A stretch of DNA of 64,000 nt from Lama guanicoe. Its lineage: Eukaryota. A model generated the notes under the pieces. The model saw only the letters and a list, made by a program, of their open reading frames with translations. It did not search any database and was not told the DNA's origin. The stretch lies in NCBI GenBank assembly GCA_013239625.1, contig MU054220.1:4093374-4157373 (forward strand), given 5' to 3'. Positions 1-13,289 of this stretch are shown one piece after another. The number at the start of each line of letters is the position of its first letter. Position 1 is the first letter of the stretch. The position numbers and the translations under genes are program-made.

Positions 1-387
1 GGCACGTCCCTCCTCAGTAAGCCCCACAGCAGCATTTCCTCCTGACTGTACCTGCTTCCCGGTGGAATCTTGACACTCAAACACTCTCTCGGCAGCCAAC
101 ACCGCCCGGTGTTAAGAACCAGGAGCACCCAATAGAGATGGTCTTCCCAATACGATCTGAAGAATTGAGGGAGAGAAGCTTGAGAGAAAGATCTGGAAGC
201 TACCCTGGATATTTCCTCTTGGGAAGATATCCTAGAGGGTTTTTACTCATGAAGATCTCAAGAACAAAGCTCCAAAGGGGGGGCCCTTGTTCTGTGCAGA
301 CACTGGTGGGACCTCAGGGCTTCCACACAAGGCAGACATCCCAAAGACACCCAGACAGGAAAAGAAACAGAACTCACCACCCCAGTC

Positions 388-510
388 ACCACTTATTGAG
401 CAACTACTATGCCCAGCTCCTGTCACACACTGTCTTGTTTAATCGCTCCACACTAGTTTCACAGGTAAGGAAACTGAAGTTTGGTCGCATGAGCCCAGGG
501 GCATAACCAC
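388..510 (-). mobile_element. MIR SINE fragment
   Basis: cacttattgagcaactactatgcc...acaggtaaggaaactgaag matches the reverse complement of the MIR core and 3' end. Confidence 0.7.
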
Positions 511-1389
511 CAGAGTTACAGAGTCACATGGTTACGTCTGCTCCCAGGTTCCACTGACATGGAATTCGATGTGACTAGAGCCCCCTGGGCTTGTACAACT
601 GCACGGTAGTCTTAGGCTCTGAGCCCAATGCCTGGCAGACTCGCAGAATTTAACCACTGCCCTCCACTGACATCAGCCAGGTGGTCCACACCACAGTGAG
701 TGTGAACCAGTTCTCTCCATGGTCAAGTAGCTGTCTGCAAGTCCCTGTTATGTGGTTCCCGCCCCGCCTCCCCACATCCTGGACCGGGAGTGGTAGGGAC
801 TGCAGGAAGGAAGCCAGCTCCACTCAGGAGATGTGGAAGTCCTGCAAAATTCTGATGGCTGTTGGACCTTAACAACCAGGGTTATTCTTCCTGCAATGTT
901 TGATTTCTTCAGAGATGGCAAGTCCTGGATCTGCCACAGATAGAGGCGGCAGGTCAAAGTGTCCAGCATCCCAGGAAGACCAGACCCCCTCACTGATGGC
1001 TTTTCCAGCAGGGGCAGAGGTGGACTCTGTGGAGACAGAACTGTATTGAGACCTGCTGTGTATCATTAACCCTCCCAACAACAGGGAATTATTAGTACCT
1101 CCTTCTTGAAGAGACTGGGGCTCCAAGAGGTCTTATTTTTTGCTCAAAATCACACAGATTAAATGGCAGAATTGAGACCTGTACTTGACCACATTTGACT
1201 ACAGCTCACGCTCTTTGCAACTCTCTGTAGGGCCTCCCACCACCATGGGGGCACTCAAGGACATCTCTCAGAGAGGAGAAGACCCCTGGATATTATGGCA
1301 CCCTGTGAGACATGGAATCTTCGGAGAGAGAGTTAAGAAGTACATCTGTAATACTAATTGCAATAATATTAAAATAATAATATTGTCAG

Positions 1390-1520
1390 TTATCACTTGC
1401 TGAGTGCTTGCTGTGTGCTAGGCACTGTTCTAAGCACTTTATACTATGAACTAATCTAACCGTCAAACAACCTAATAAGCACGGTACTGTTATCCCCGTG
1501 TTACAGGTGAAGTAACAAAT
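1390..1520 (-). mobile_element. MIR SINE fragment
   Basis: tgctaggcactgttctaagcactttat...ttatccccgtgttacaggtgaag, antisense MIR. Confidence 0.8.
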
Positions 1521-1564
1521 GGAGAAGAGGATGAGGCCTCATTGCCTGCCCCGTCCCCTCTGAT

Positions 1565-2350
1565 TGTTCACTCATTCATTCATTCAACAAATGTTTGCTG
1601 AGCAACTACTACGGAACAGACACCTTTCCAGCCACTGGGGACACAAGACCAAAAAGGTTCCTATGCTCATGGACGTGACATTTCAGTGGGGAGAGTGGGC
1701 TACAAACAAAACAAGCAAGAGAAGCAAAATGGAGAGGATGGTTTCGACTGGTAATAATAAGAATAAAGCAGGCTGGGGTGGGGGAGCTTTTCTTTAAATT
1801 GATGGCTCAGCGAGGGCTTCTCCAGAGAGGGGGCATTTGAGCTGATACCTGTATGACCAGAAGGAGCCAGACAGGTGAAGGGGGAAGAGGGTTCCAGGCA
1901 GAGGGAACAACAAACAGCAAATGAGCCTGGGGGTCTGAGGAGCAGTGAGAAGGGGAGCGGCAGGAGTAGCGGGGAGAGGGAGAGGGAGTGAGGTCGAGGG
2001 GAAGGCAGGGGCCAGGTTTTATTACCTGATAGGTCCGGTGAGGAGTTTGGGTCACATCCAAGTGTGACGACTAGCAATGGAAAGCTTAGCAGAGCGGAGA
2101 TGTGAGTGGATTTACATCTTAGAATGATTATTCTGGCTGCTGCATGGAGAATTGATTTGCGGGCAGGGTGGAGGGGCGGTGAGAGTGGAAAGGGGGACAC
2201 CAGTTGCAAGGGCAGCAGGAAAGGAGTGAGATTACTGGGGAACTCAGGTGAGAGTGGTGGAGGAGAGCAATGTGCTGATACAGGGTGAATTCTGGAGGTG
2301 GCACCTTCTGTTGAATTCCCCCTAGCCCTACCCCCAAAGCTATTTGGAAA
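1565..2350 (-). mobile_element. L2 LINE 3' region
   Basis: Starts with cattcattcattcaacaaatgtttgctgag (reverse of the L2 TGAA tail), then typical L2 segments such as ttccaggcagagggaaca and tagaatgattattctggctgctg. Confidence 0.85.
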
Positions 2351-3724
2351 GAATATGATCAAGAATTGTATTTCCAGCAGAGATGGAACTTGAACCTATG
2401 TCTTTTGGCCTCAGAGTTCAAGGCTCATGTTTCGCTAACATCTGGAACACCCCCATTAGAGATTCCTTTTGCTTTAGCCTCACTTGCTCTCTGCAGACTT
2501 GTGCAAAGGCCCAAACTCCTAAGTATTCACCCTCTCTTGAGTGAATCTGACCCTCACAACGTGACAGAATTTTGCCACCATCCCCACTTTACCTGTAGTC
2601 AGTCTGAGTGGAGGTTCTTAAGGAGGAGAAGAAGAACATTTAAAAGGGTGACAGGACTTGGTAAAATGTCATGATCCCTTGCTGGGCTGAAACCAAGTTG
2701 TTTTTTCCCCTTGTTTTCCAAATTAATTCAACATTCCAAATGAATCCAGAGAGACTTAGTTGGGGACCCTTTCATGTGGATTGAAACTCATAAATCGCAA
2801 TTTGCTGAGTTGCAGGAAGGCGGAGCGTTGCGCCCCACCTCCTCCCACTTGGCACCATCCTGGAGGGTCTGGAAGGGAGAGAAAACTCTTGGTACTGCTC
2901 CCAGGTGGGCTTTAGGCTTCGTGCATCAGTCCTCGGGGAAGGACTATAGGGAGGAACAACAGAATTTGGAAGCAGGGAAAATGGCCAGAGGTGGATGCAG
3001 CTGATACCATGGGGAAGCAAGCTAAATGCTAAAAGAACAAGACTGAGGGACTGAGGAGCCTTTAGATAGAAAGAGCTAAGTATATGGGGAGGACCCTCCC
3101 TATTTGTCTCATTGATGAGCTCTCTCGTAGTGGAGCTTGGAGAAGGGGAGTGTTTATAACAAAGAAGAAAGACTTTGTGGCTGGATCTGAGGAGATTCTC
3201 TTTATAGATGGGCTCATTGTTGTCAAGAAAGTATAGGCAACGTGTACTGAGAACTAAGGGCCGGATTTAAGAAAGCAACATTATGAGATCTAAGGGATTG
3301 GTTCCTATAGGCTTAGTATTGCTATAGTTATCAGTTGGCCCTGCTGGACACATCTGTGCAAACTGGCTTGGGAGCAATCTGTGGCACAGACCCTAGATTA
3401 AGGCATCAGTTCCTTGGGCGATATCTCAAGGAACACCCTGGAGTTCCATTGTCCATGTCCATGCTTGAATCTAGAATGATGTGGAAGAGACTTCAGGTAA
3501 GCAGCATTAAGAGGCAGGAGGCGTTGGCACACTGTGAGGTTGCAGTGGGTTGGACATATCATCTAGGGAAAGAAACATAAAGGTCTGCCCTGGTTGGGGG
3601 AGGGAATGCGTATTCATGGTAGTTATAAACACGCCCACTGAGTGTATGGAGCAGAGGTGGTGGAGAGAACTTGCACACCACTAGGTCATTCTTTAGTCCT
3701 TATGGTTTTTTTCCCCTATCCAGG

Positions 3725-4079
3725 TGGTATGGACTGAATTGTGTGTCCCCACCAACAAGCTCATATGTTGAAGCCCTAACCCTCCAATGTGACTGTATTT
3801 AGGGACAGGCCCTTTAAAAAGGCAATTAAGGTTAAACAAAGCCAAAAAGTGGGTCCCTAATTCAATGTGACTGGTGTCCTTATAAGATGAAGAAGAGACG
3901 TGTGCCTATAGAAGGGGGGCCATGGGAGAACATAGCAAGAAGACGGCCACCTATAAGCCAAAGAGAGAAGCTTCCTTGATCTTGGACTTCCAGCCTCCAG
4001 AACTCTGAGAAGATAAAATTCTGTTGTTCAAGCCCCAGTCTGTGGTATTTTGTTACAGTATGTCTTGCAAATTAATAAA
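3725..4079 (+). mobile_element. MaLR solo LTR, MLT1B-like, with 5-bp TSD CCAGG
   Basis: tggtatggactgaattgtgtgtcccc...ttggacttccagcctccagaac...gtctgtggtattttgttac; CCAGG at 3720-3724 and 4080-4084. Confidence 0.9.
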
Positions 4080-4354
4080 CCAGGTTTGGCTCTTTAGATG
4101 TGAACCTCTCCTTCCTTCCATCACCTATTCCAACAAAGAGTAGCAACCTTTGCTTATCCCCAGATATTTAGACTCCAGAATGACTCCAAGTTTTCCAAAG
4201 TCTTCCCCTCTGTCCACTCTGGGGACAAGTTAGCAGTTAAGGAATATCAAGAACCCTCAGTTAGCCCAGCGAGTTAAAAGTGGTCTTTCTGAGCAGATGT
4301 CCATAATGGTTCTGTATAAGAAGCTGTCCTGGGAAGAATTTTTTTTAGCTTTAA

Positions 4355-5040
4355 TAAAACCACTATTAGAAACATTGTACTAAGGATCATCAGTTGATGC
4401 TAAAACTAGTATGTGAAAGTTTGAGGATTAATAGAATATTTGCATAGTATCCAAGTATCTGCTCACAGTCACTTCCTTATTACAAGAAAGAAAAGCAGTA
4501 ACTTGACATTGAAGAAAGTCGACAGATACCCCGTCATTCAAGAGGATAAGTCACCATCCCCAAGAGGGGGGCACACAGATGTCATGTGGCTCTGATACGA
4601 CGTACTGAGAAGGACACAGCAGCACTTCAGTGAAATTCCTGTGAAATTCAGTGAAATTCCAGCTCAAGGCTGCATGTAAAGAGACACCAAATAAACCTAC
4701 ACTGAGGGGCACTCTACAAACAAATAAAAGGTCTGCTCTGAGAAAATGTCAGTGAATGAAAGGCCAAGGAACTGCCCAGATTAAAGGAATCCAGAGAGAC
4801 ATTACAACTAAATGTAAGGTGTGAGTCTGGATTGAAATCTGGTTGAGAAATGATGTCTGCAACTTATTCTCAAATGGTTTGAAAAACTAATAGTCCTATG
4901 TGTATAGAGAGAGACCAATAAAGCAAATGAGGCCAATATATTAACAAGGATGTATCTGAATGAAGGGCATACGGGGGTTTTTTGTTCTGTTCTTGCAAAT
5001 TTTCTATAACTTTGAAGTTATCTCATCATAAAAGATTTTA
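4355..5040 (+). mobile_element. Old L1 (L1MC4/5-like) 3' UTR fragment
   Basis: agagacattacaactaaatgtaa and ttcttgcaaattttctataactttgaagttatctc...aaaag resemble the L1MC 3' end. Confidence 0.75.
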
Positions 5041-5224
5041 TTGAAAGTCACGTACTGCACAGTATTTCTTATAAAATGATCCACGTAAAAACTTTAATTT
5101 GTCTGAGAGAGGTCAGATTTTTCCTCGGTATTACATGCTTCCTTTCGACAGATAATGAAAAGTGTATAACCCATTGCTTTCCATGTTTGCCTTGACTGCC
5201 AGAAAGCCATTCCAGGCTACAGGG

Positions 5225-5360
5225 ATGTATCAACTTGGACAAGTTACTTAACCCATCTAAATCTGTTTTCTCCATTTGTGAAATGGATAAAATAATATGG
5301 TCCTTACTGCCGAGGGTGTCTGTATAGAGATAAAGTGCCCAACATAGTAGGTGATGTGCA
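5225..5360 (+). mobile_element. MIR SINE fragment
   Basis: cttggacaagttacttaacc...ttttctccatttgtgaaatgg MIR core. Confidence 0.75.
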
Positions 5361-5599
5361 GTGACCTCCCACTTTAGTTGTCTTCTTTTATTTTTGTTAT
5401 TGTAATTTTTATATTGCCTATTACTCAACCTTTCTTATTAAAATAAGCTTGTGACAGACTCACCTGAAATCAGGAAAACTTAGAGCCTACAAGGGAGGTG
5501 AGTTTTCCCATGTAAACATTATCAATACATCAAAAGTTCTGAGGTCTCACTGTCAGAAAGTCCATGTGTCCTCAAAACAGGGGGCAGTAACTCTGGGAA

Positions 5600-6160
5600 T
5601 AGTAGGAACAGCAGTAGACTCAGAGTCAGACAGACTGAGATGCAGATTCCAGCTCTGCCAACTCACTGGCTTGGGAACTGTTGGCTGCAGGAAGGGCTGG
5701 GTTATGCTGAAATAACAAGCATCCCCGAGACTCGGGGGTTTAAAACAAGGCCCATCTCTTGCTCATGCTACAAGCACACTACAAACTGGTGGGAGGCTCT
5801 GCTCCATGAGGTCCTCCCTCCAAAACCAAGACTGACGGAGTTGCCACCATCTGAAATGCCACCACTTGCCTGGGCAGTGGGAGGGGACGAGGCATTAGCA
5901 CTTTACTGGCTGAAGCAAATTCCAAAGGAAACACAATCCTACCACGTGCCACAGAGCTCAACCACAAATATTTGGTGAACCTCATCATGGTTGGTACAAT
6001 CCCCTTGGACAAGTCTTTATCCTCTTTGAGAGTCAGTTTCCTCTCTGTAGAGGGAGGGGGAATAATAATAGCCCACATCTCAGCACAGGTGTGACAAATG
6101 AATAAGGCAAATTGGAAGAAGCACTAACTTGGCTCAGAAACATAATAGCTACTCATTATA
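5600..6160 (+). mobile_element. MIR SINE split by an LTR insertion
   Basis: 5' part gagtcagacagactgagatgcagattccagctctgcc stops near 5678 and the core resumes near 6003 with ccttggacaagt...tcagtttcctctctgta. Confidence 0.7.
5679..5998 (-). mobile_element. MaLR LTR (old MLT1, K/L-like) nested in MIR
   Basis: TG...CA ends; gggttatgctgaaataacaa...ttaaaacaa...cttgctcatgcta and aaatatttggtgaac are antisense old-MLT1 signatures. Confidence 0.65.
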
Positions 6161-7020
6161 ATAAATCATACTGTCTGCCCTCATCGTCCGAGTGTCCCAA
6201 AGGAGCACCACTGTCTTCCTTGTGGATCTAGACAGATAGGTCGCTAGATAATAGACAGATAATAGATATCCCATGATGGGATTTTAGAGAAAGTAAAAGC
6301 CAAGAAGACCACAACAAGAGAGACAATTTGTTACAGGGGCTGAGAGTAGATTCTTCAAATTTTTTTTCTCTAGGTCCCATTGGGTTTCAGTAACAATCGG
6401 GCAGGTAGTGGTCTCCAGACAGGACTGCGCTGACACAAAAATTTTCTTACTTAAAAATCTACCATGTGCCAAGCCTTATGGAAAGGATGGCAAGGGTCAG
6501 ACCCGTGCGAGCTTTAGGGGCTTGGAGAAGGATGGTATACATGTAAAGAAACTCATGAACAAGAACTGATGAAGGGTGAGGGCAGCAGCATCAAGTAGGG
6601 GAAGAAGGAAGGAGTTTGCACCAGCCTCTGGGGTCTACGCTAAAAACATGGGGCAGGGTATGGGGGAAACGGGGTTATGACCCGATTGTCTGCAGCACTG
6701 GCCCTCGCATCCCCCAACCACGAGGCAGGCTGGTACCATGGAGCCAAAGGTCTCAGCATCAGCCTGAGGCCAGATTCTAAGTGTAGCTTTGAGGAAGCTT
6801 CATCTTTGGGCCCAGGTTCCTCTTGGGGCCCCGCCCTGGCAAGACTAACACGCCAGTTGTACACAGCGCCTCCCTGTGGGGTAGAGGACTGTTTTAATTT
6901 TTTAACTTTTCTTTCCTGGTTTATCTCAATTGTCATATTTGTCTTAATAGGTAATTATGATTCCTCATAAGTTTTTGACGTTTTTAAAAGCACCTGAGTA
7001 GGCCATCGATTCCCTTATAC

Positions 7021-7300
7021 CAGTGTTTCACAAACTTCAGTCATCTCTAAAACACATTCACAATTTTTTATCATGTATGCCATTTAATTAGTATTTAAAA
7101 TTCATCCCCCACAAAATAATCCTCTGACTTTTTAAAACTCATTTACCTCTTTTGGCTTCATTTTATGCCATAACATTTATAAAATAACAGGTTTACCCTG
7201 CTGATTATATTTTTACTACTACATATGACTGTGAATATATAAGGATTAAAAATTTTTAAATCATCCCTAAAGCAGTGGGTACCAAGCATTTTAAAAAGAA
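7021..7300. mobile_element. hAT-Charlie MITE, MER113-like
   Basis: Begins cagtgtttcacaaacttcagtcat...ttcacaattttt, with an AT-rich interior. Confidence 0.6.
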
Positions 7301-7319
7301 ACCTTTCTGGGCCATGTGT

Positions 7320-7530
7320 AAAGAGCAGGCTGCTCTGGGGGAAAAGGGCAGATGAAGCTTTAAAACAAATGAGTTTTGCAGCCTTGGAAAACTTATACAA
7401 CCTCTCTGAGCTTTGGTTTTATCCTCTGCGAAGTGATTGAACAACAGTCCACAGATTTTAAGATGATTTAAGAATGAAATGAAATGATGCACATAAAGCA
7501 CCTATCACAGAGGCTGGCAGTGGTTATATG
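7320..7530 (+). mobile_element. MIR SINE
   Basis: ccttggaaaacttatacaacctctctgagctttggttttatcctctg...gcacctatcacagaggctggca. Confidence 0.7.
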
Positions 7531-7534
7531 TCTT

Positions 7535-7895
7535 TCATTGATTCATCCCAGAAACAGCAGTTAAGCCCTGTGCTCAGTGACGTGGAGGGTTTAGGTATGA
7601 ATAAGACAAAATTAATACCATCCTGGTAGTTTGCAACCCAGTGTTCCTGTACAAACATACCTAGAACACAGAGCAGGATGTCTTAAATGTCTCTTGAGCA
7701 CTCCAGGCAAAATGCAATGAGTCTGAAGAAGGAAAAAGCAAGTTCCCTTTAAGAGACCTAGGAAGGCTTCATGGAGGAGGTGCCTTTTGAACCAGGCAGT
7801 GATGGATGGGAAAGGTGTGAGTGTGCAGGGAGGGTATTCCAGGAGGAAAGGAAGAGCTTCAGCAAAAGCTCAGAGGCAGGAAAAGGCAGAGTACC
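7535..7895 (-). mobile_element. L2 fragment
   Basis: ggaaggcttcatggaggaggtgccttttgaac...tattccaggaggaaaggaagagcttcagcaaaagctcagagg. Confidence 0.75.
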
Positions 7896-9714
7896 CTTGT
7901 CCTCTGGACCTCCATCCCCTTGGAAACAGTCTTTCTTTTCTGCCATTCTCTGTATTGACGAATGACTTCCACTGATGTGTTCCAATCTGGAACACCAACA
8001 TTCTGTTGCATCTTTAAACTACCCCCTGGATCCACTCCTGGTCACCAGTGTCACTACCCTGCCCTGCCAGTCATTTTCCTCTTCAGGTCATTCTTGGCCC
8101 CCTTGGGGGCTCTGAGTCCAGGAATCAGCTAAGGCTGGAAAGGCGGGGGTGCTTATAGAAACATGATCATCATCTTCCCATAACTGTCAGGGAGCAGGGA
8201 TTGGGCTCTGTCTGTGAAGCCGTTAGGATGAGTGAGGGGAGCTTACAGGGTCCAAGCTCTCCCACCGTGCTCTGTGCTGCCCCCTAGGGGCGTGGTCTCT
8301 CCTGAGCAAGGTAAGAACATTTGGCCTCCACGTGTTTGAGGGACTTCCTTCCCGCACTGGAGAGGAATTGGAACTGCTGAATTCTCAAGAGTCCTTTTGC
8401 CTCTAAAACTCGATTTGTTCCTGAAAAAATCAATTGAAAAAAAAGCAACAGAAAATCTTCTATCCCTGCCACTTGGTTTCCTGTGAGCCCCTGACTAAAT
8501 CAGCTCAAGGGTCTCTTTTGAGCCTCTCCTGGCTGCTTTGAGCATCTCAAAGCCAGAAAGAGCTTCCAAGACCTTCTTCTCCAAATTTATGGAGATCCAG
8601 GACATGGATTTTTTTTTTCCTGGTTTTGTCCACAGACCCCGGCACAGAGCTGGGAAACTGGTGGGCTCTAAGCCCATGTCTGCTGAACAGTAGACAGAAC
8701 TGAAGTCCGCAGGCATGCAAGATCCAGCAAGGGATAATGACCTGCCTCCATCACACAGCACAGGAGGGCCAGAGCCAGGACAGGGCCCTGGGCTCAGCTC
8801 TCGACCACTGCCCTGTCCTTCTTCCCTCTGGCCTGCTCTCTTCCAGGCAACCACCCCATCCACACATTCCACATACGTGAAGTCTGCAAAAATACATGTC
8901 AAGCTCAGAAATGAGCAAATCCTTACAGGAGATGGCCTCTCTTCCTGGGTCCAGCCGACAGCCTCCCAAGTCTAGGCCAGGCAGATGAAAAGGACAGCCG
9001 TCATTTCTTTGGTGGGAAACCTACATGGGTCCCCAGCCTACAACAGGAGGCACCAGAAAGAGGCCCCAAACAAAGAACACACATCAAATGCTGCACACAC
9101 GTGTTTCAAGGGAAGAAAATTCTTGGTATTTCATTTGAGGGGCCTGGAGCTGAGAAGAGAATTTTCAATCCCAGCATCTTCTGAGGGTCACAGTGTCTGT
9201 CTTTTCGTTTTTGATCTAAAAAAGAAAAAAGAAAGGAAGAAAGGAAAGGAGAGGAAGAGGGGGGAAAGAAAGGAGAAAGCCTGCTCACCATAATTGAATT
9301 ACTGAGCTGGCCTCTGGGGCTGACGCTGGAATCCAAGACGCCTTTGTGCAATGTCTGGAGGGACCCGGGACAGCGGCAGGGATTTCAAAGGGGAAGAGGA
9401 AGAGCTGGGGCGGCCAGGAAGCTAATAGGGGTGGAATGGGCCAAGGAAGGGAAGGGGGAGCGGCAGAAATTGAAAGCTGAAGGCCTGCCTTGCTCCGGGC
9501 CCTGCCCTGACCCAGGGTGGCTGCCCTGCACCAGAAACCCGGGCAGAGGCTGGGGCAGAAGGCGGGCTGCACAAACAGAAAGGTCCCAGCAGGGACCAAG
9601 CCCCCCCCCCGGGGGGGCCGTGCCTGACCCGGGCAAGGATGGAAGGAATTAACACCCAGAGCTCTTCCTACTGTCTGTTCGAGGACCTTGGATCATACAA
9701 GGAGCACAGGCTAA

Positions 9715-10110
9715 GCTTGCACTGTGTACCAGGCACTGGGCTGGGCCCTTTTAAGTGCATTGTTGCGATTAATTCTCAGAACGATAGTCCAAGGCAGGAA
9801 CTTTGATGTCCCCCGATGTACAAACGAGGACACCGAGGTCCATATAGTTAAGCAACTTGCCTGATGTCGCACAGTTTGTGAGTGGTGGACCGGGAAGCAC
9901 ATCCAGGTCACTGACACCGCAGACGAGATCTTCACCAACATTCTCATCAATTCGTTTCATCCTTACAACAGTCCTGCCAAGAAAGTGTGGTTCCTAGTAG
10001 GGGAAATTGAGGCACAGAGAGCTGGAGGAATTTGCCGAAGCTCACACAGGCAGAAAGGGCATAACTGGGACTCGAACCAGTACAGTCTGGCTTCAGAGCC
10101 CCAGAGCCTC
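9715..10110 (-). mobile_element. Two tandem MIR fragments
   Basis: tgtaccaggcactgggctggg...gaggacaccgaggtc and ggggaaattgaggcacagaga...gggactcgaacc. Confidence 0.7.
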
Positions 10111-10494
10111 CATCTCACCTGCTGGGGTGGAGGGTCCTCCCCACATCCTCTGTCCCGACCACACGAGCATCCTCTCTTGACCCCCTGCCCAGCCAGAGAG
10201 CAGGCAGCAGAAAGGACGTGAGTGGGAGCCACTTGAAAGAAGGAGTTAATTGTGGCCAGCCAGGCCCCTTGGGGGTCATGCTGAAAGTCTTGAATACCCC
10301 TTGAATTCTCACAGATTCAGCCCCACCCTCCAAGCCAACAGTCATCACCTTAAGACCTAGGTTGGGCTGAGGTCTGTGTTATTGGAACAAACAACAGTTT
10401 ATTTTTAAATAAGGACTCCAGCTGCTATTATGTCCTCTGAAAATGATGATTTTCAGGACTTTTGTACATCACACGAACAGAACCCCATCTAGAT

Positions 10495-10740
10495 CAGTTT
10501 TCTCAGCCTCAGCACTATTGACATTTGGGGCTAGATAAGACTTCACTTTGGGGGGCTGGCCTGTGCACTGGAGGATGTTTGGATGTCTGGTAGCGTCTCT
10601 GGCCTCTACCTGCTAGATGTCGATAGTCCTATCCGCACCCCCTCCCCACCCAGGTATGAAAATCAAAAATGTCTCCAGACATTACCCAAAGTCCCCAGGA
10701 TGGGTGGGAAGAGGTCAGCATTGTCCCCTGAGAACCACTG
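10495..10740. mobile_element. MER20 (hAT-Charlie MITE), near full length
   Basis: TIRs cagtttttctca and tgagaaccactg; internal cactattgacatttggggc and aaaaatgtctccagacatt; flanks atctagat / gcctagag share the CTAGA core of an 8-bp hAT TSD. Confidence 0.9.
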
Positions 10741-10799
10741 GCCTAGAGGAAAAAGCCCAAACTCTGATGCTGCTCACTCTTCTGCTTCCTCCCATAACC

Positions 10800-11190
10800 C
10801 ACTGAACATACTCTAAACTCCAATCAAATCAGATGCTGCCTATGCCCAACACACCCTGCTCTGGGGGTGCCCCTGAGCCTTTGCACGTGCTATAAACACA
10901 CTTGAAATGCCTAAGCATCCTTAAAGATCGAACTCTAATTTGCCTGCCCGATAAAGCCTTCCCAGCCTTCACTTCATCCCCACCCAACCCCTCCTCTATA
11001 CTGTGTTGTGATCCCTTCCACTGGGATCCCATAACACTTAGAACATTCCTCCAGTGCTGTGCTTTTCTAACTCACTCTCTCCATGTCATTCTGGATCTCT
11101 GGGCTCTCAGCCCCACTGAGGGCAAGGAAGAAGAATTCCACATGCCTGATAGACTGTAGGTGTTCAACAAATGTTTGGTGAATGAGTACA
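10800..11190 (+). mobile_element. L2 3' fragment
   Basis: gcctttgcacgtgct...gtaggtgttcaacaaatgtttggtgaatgag. Confidence 0.75.
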
Positions 11191-11264
11191 TGTAATATGT
11201 TCATGTCAAACAGCTTTACCTAGTAACAAAAGCAGGTCTAGTGGATCGTAACTTGGGAAGTCCC

Positions 11265-11700
11265 TGTATTTATTTAATGACTACTTCCCAGATATCAACC
11301 AGGTGAACTAGACAGACCTGGGTCCCTGCTCTTTCGGAGGTCAGAGTCTGGTGTGGGTGGTCATTACACGACTGATGAGCTAATTGACTAACTCACATAG
11401 TTGATTGACTCATTGAGGGTATTTGTGATGAAGGCTATGACAGTGTCGTAGAGGATACGATGGCTGTGTCTAACAGAGGGGCCCTGAAGTGCCTGAGGAA
11501 GTGACATTTAAGACGGGATCCGAAGGGTGAGGAAACATTGACCAGATAAACAAGGAACGGTGTTCCAGGCAGAGGGAACTGGACTTGCAAAGCCAAGAAG
11601 CAGCCAGGAGCAAGATCAATAGATAAACCTGGGAAGCCAGCATGGCAGAAGCCATGTGGGGGTTCCTCACTGGTAAAGTTTGGCTGTGATTCCAGGTTCA
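11265..11700 (-). mobile_element. L2 fragment
   Basis: gaggaagtgacatttaag...tgttccaggcagagggaac. Confidence 0.75.
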
Positions 11701-12059
11701 AGGAGCAGACCTATGAGGGGTTTCTGTTCCAGGAGCTGGATGTGCCAGTGAAGGGTTCTCCTAGCAGCCTCTTCCCCATTTCTCCAGGTGGGATCTCCCT
11801 GAATTTCTCCAGCACTGCCCCCTCCATTTCAAGCACACACAGAGTCTGATCCACTAAGGTCTGGCCAACCTCCCAGAGAGGGAGCATTTGTTAGGAAATG
11901 GGGATACCCGGCCAGTGACAGAGCAGGGTTGGTGAAGGGTTTGCTTCTCACTTAGACTTGGCCCGAAGTGACCATGACAGGTGCAGGTGGAGGAGCCGAG
12001 GAGACAAGCCGGGCCACCTTCTCCACTCGGAGGTAGGGAACTGATCAAGTTGACTGGCA

Positions 12060-12530
12060 CAGACTGGGCATCAGGTGCTAAGACTTTACCTGCGTGGTTT
12101 CCTTAATGGCACGAATTAACTCTCCCCACTGTATGGGTGAGAAAACAAGGATCAGAGAAGGCAGGTCTTTGCCCAAGGTCATACAGCCAAGAATGGCAGA
12201 TACGGGAAATGATCTCAGGCTAGTGACAATCTACAGCCTGTGCTCTTAACCACTTCAGCAGGTGCCTCTCGGGATGAAACTGAGGGTCAGCGAAGGAAAA
12301 GAACACCCTAAAGTTCCCACAGCCAAGAATCACAATGGCTACCATTTTACTGGGTACCCACTAAGTACCTCTGTGTCCCATCCTCTGCTCATCACAATAC
12401 CTCAGTAAGCTAAATCCTATCAACATGCCCCCTTTTCAGACAAGAAAATCATGATCAGAAAGCTAGAAAGGAGCAAAGCTAGTATTTGAACCCAGGCAGT
12501 TTCACTCCAAAACTGTTTTCTTAATAGTTA
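12060..12530 (-). mobile_element. Two MIR fragments
   Basis: ttgcccaaggtcatacagc and ttttcagacaagaaaatc...tttgaacccaggcagt. Confidence 0.7.
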
Positions 12531-13289
12531 CATCTCCCTCAGGGAGGCCTGGGACTAAACCCTCCCTCTTTCCCTCTGATGCTCAAGATGAATTTACAGA
12601 GGTTGTTTGTCTTCCCCTGATGAGAGTAGAGACTTCCACAAATAACCTAGAGAGGGAACATACTTCCTGAAATTCATACTACAGTGTCAATGACTGCTCT
12701 GGGATCCTTCCCTCAGAGGAAGTTTTATCAGGCTGTGATAAGGGTGGTGGGTGTGTTCGGGGAGGAATTGTGGAGCGAATACATTGGTTGGAAGCAGGTC
12801 TCAGGCCCCTTTGAGGAGCCGGGTCTGGAGGGCAGGCCTGTGGGGATAGTAACATCAGTGACCTGAGAATTCTAGGGGCATCTTTGGAAGATGGTTTCCC
12901 ATCTCATCCATCGCTTCATTGAGCGCCTACCACCTGCCAAACACTGCTCCAGGCACTGGGAATACAGCAGTGAACAGAATATTGATGTTGTAGTGAGAAA
13001 AACAGATAAAAAGCAAACAAGGGGAAGAAGTATTGGAGAGACAGCCCCGGACCCGGGATCAGAGGCATGCGGAGAGCCCCCACTCCCCGGTCAGTGGCTG
13101 TTAGCAAAGGCTTGTGGGGCCCCTCAAGTCCCAGGCACTGTGTGTGCCGGGCATGGGGGCACCCCAACCAGCCAGGCCTGTCTCCGCTCTCAGCGAGCTC
13201 ACCGTCACTCGAAGTCCAGTGAGGGACAAATGTGCTCCCTCTGCTCCCCCAGAGAAACAGAACAAGGCAGCCTCAGACCCGCCCTTCAG

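Noticed and set aside
1700..2362. 220-aa ORF on the minus strand, the longest in the window
   Set aside because: Lies within a decayed L2, is Pro/Ser/Leu-biased and shows no recognisable domain.
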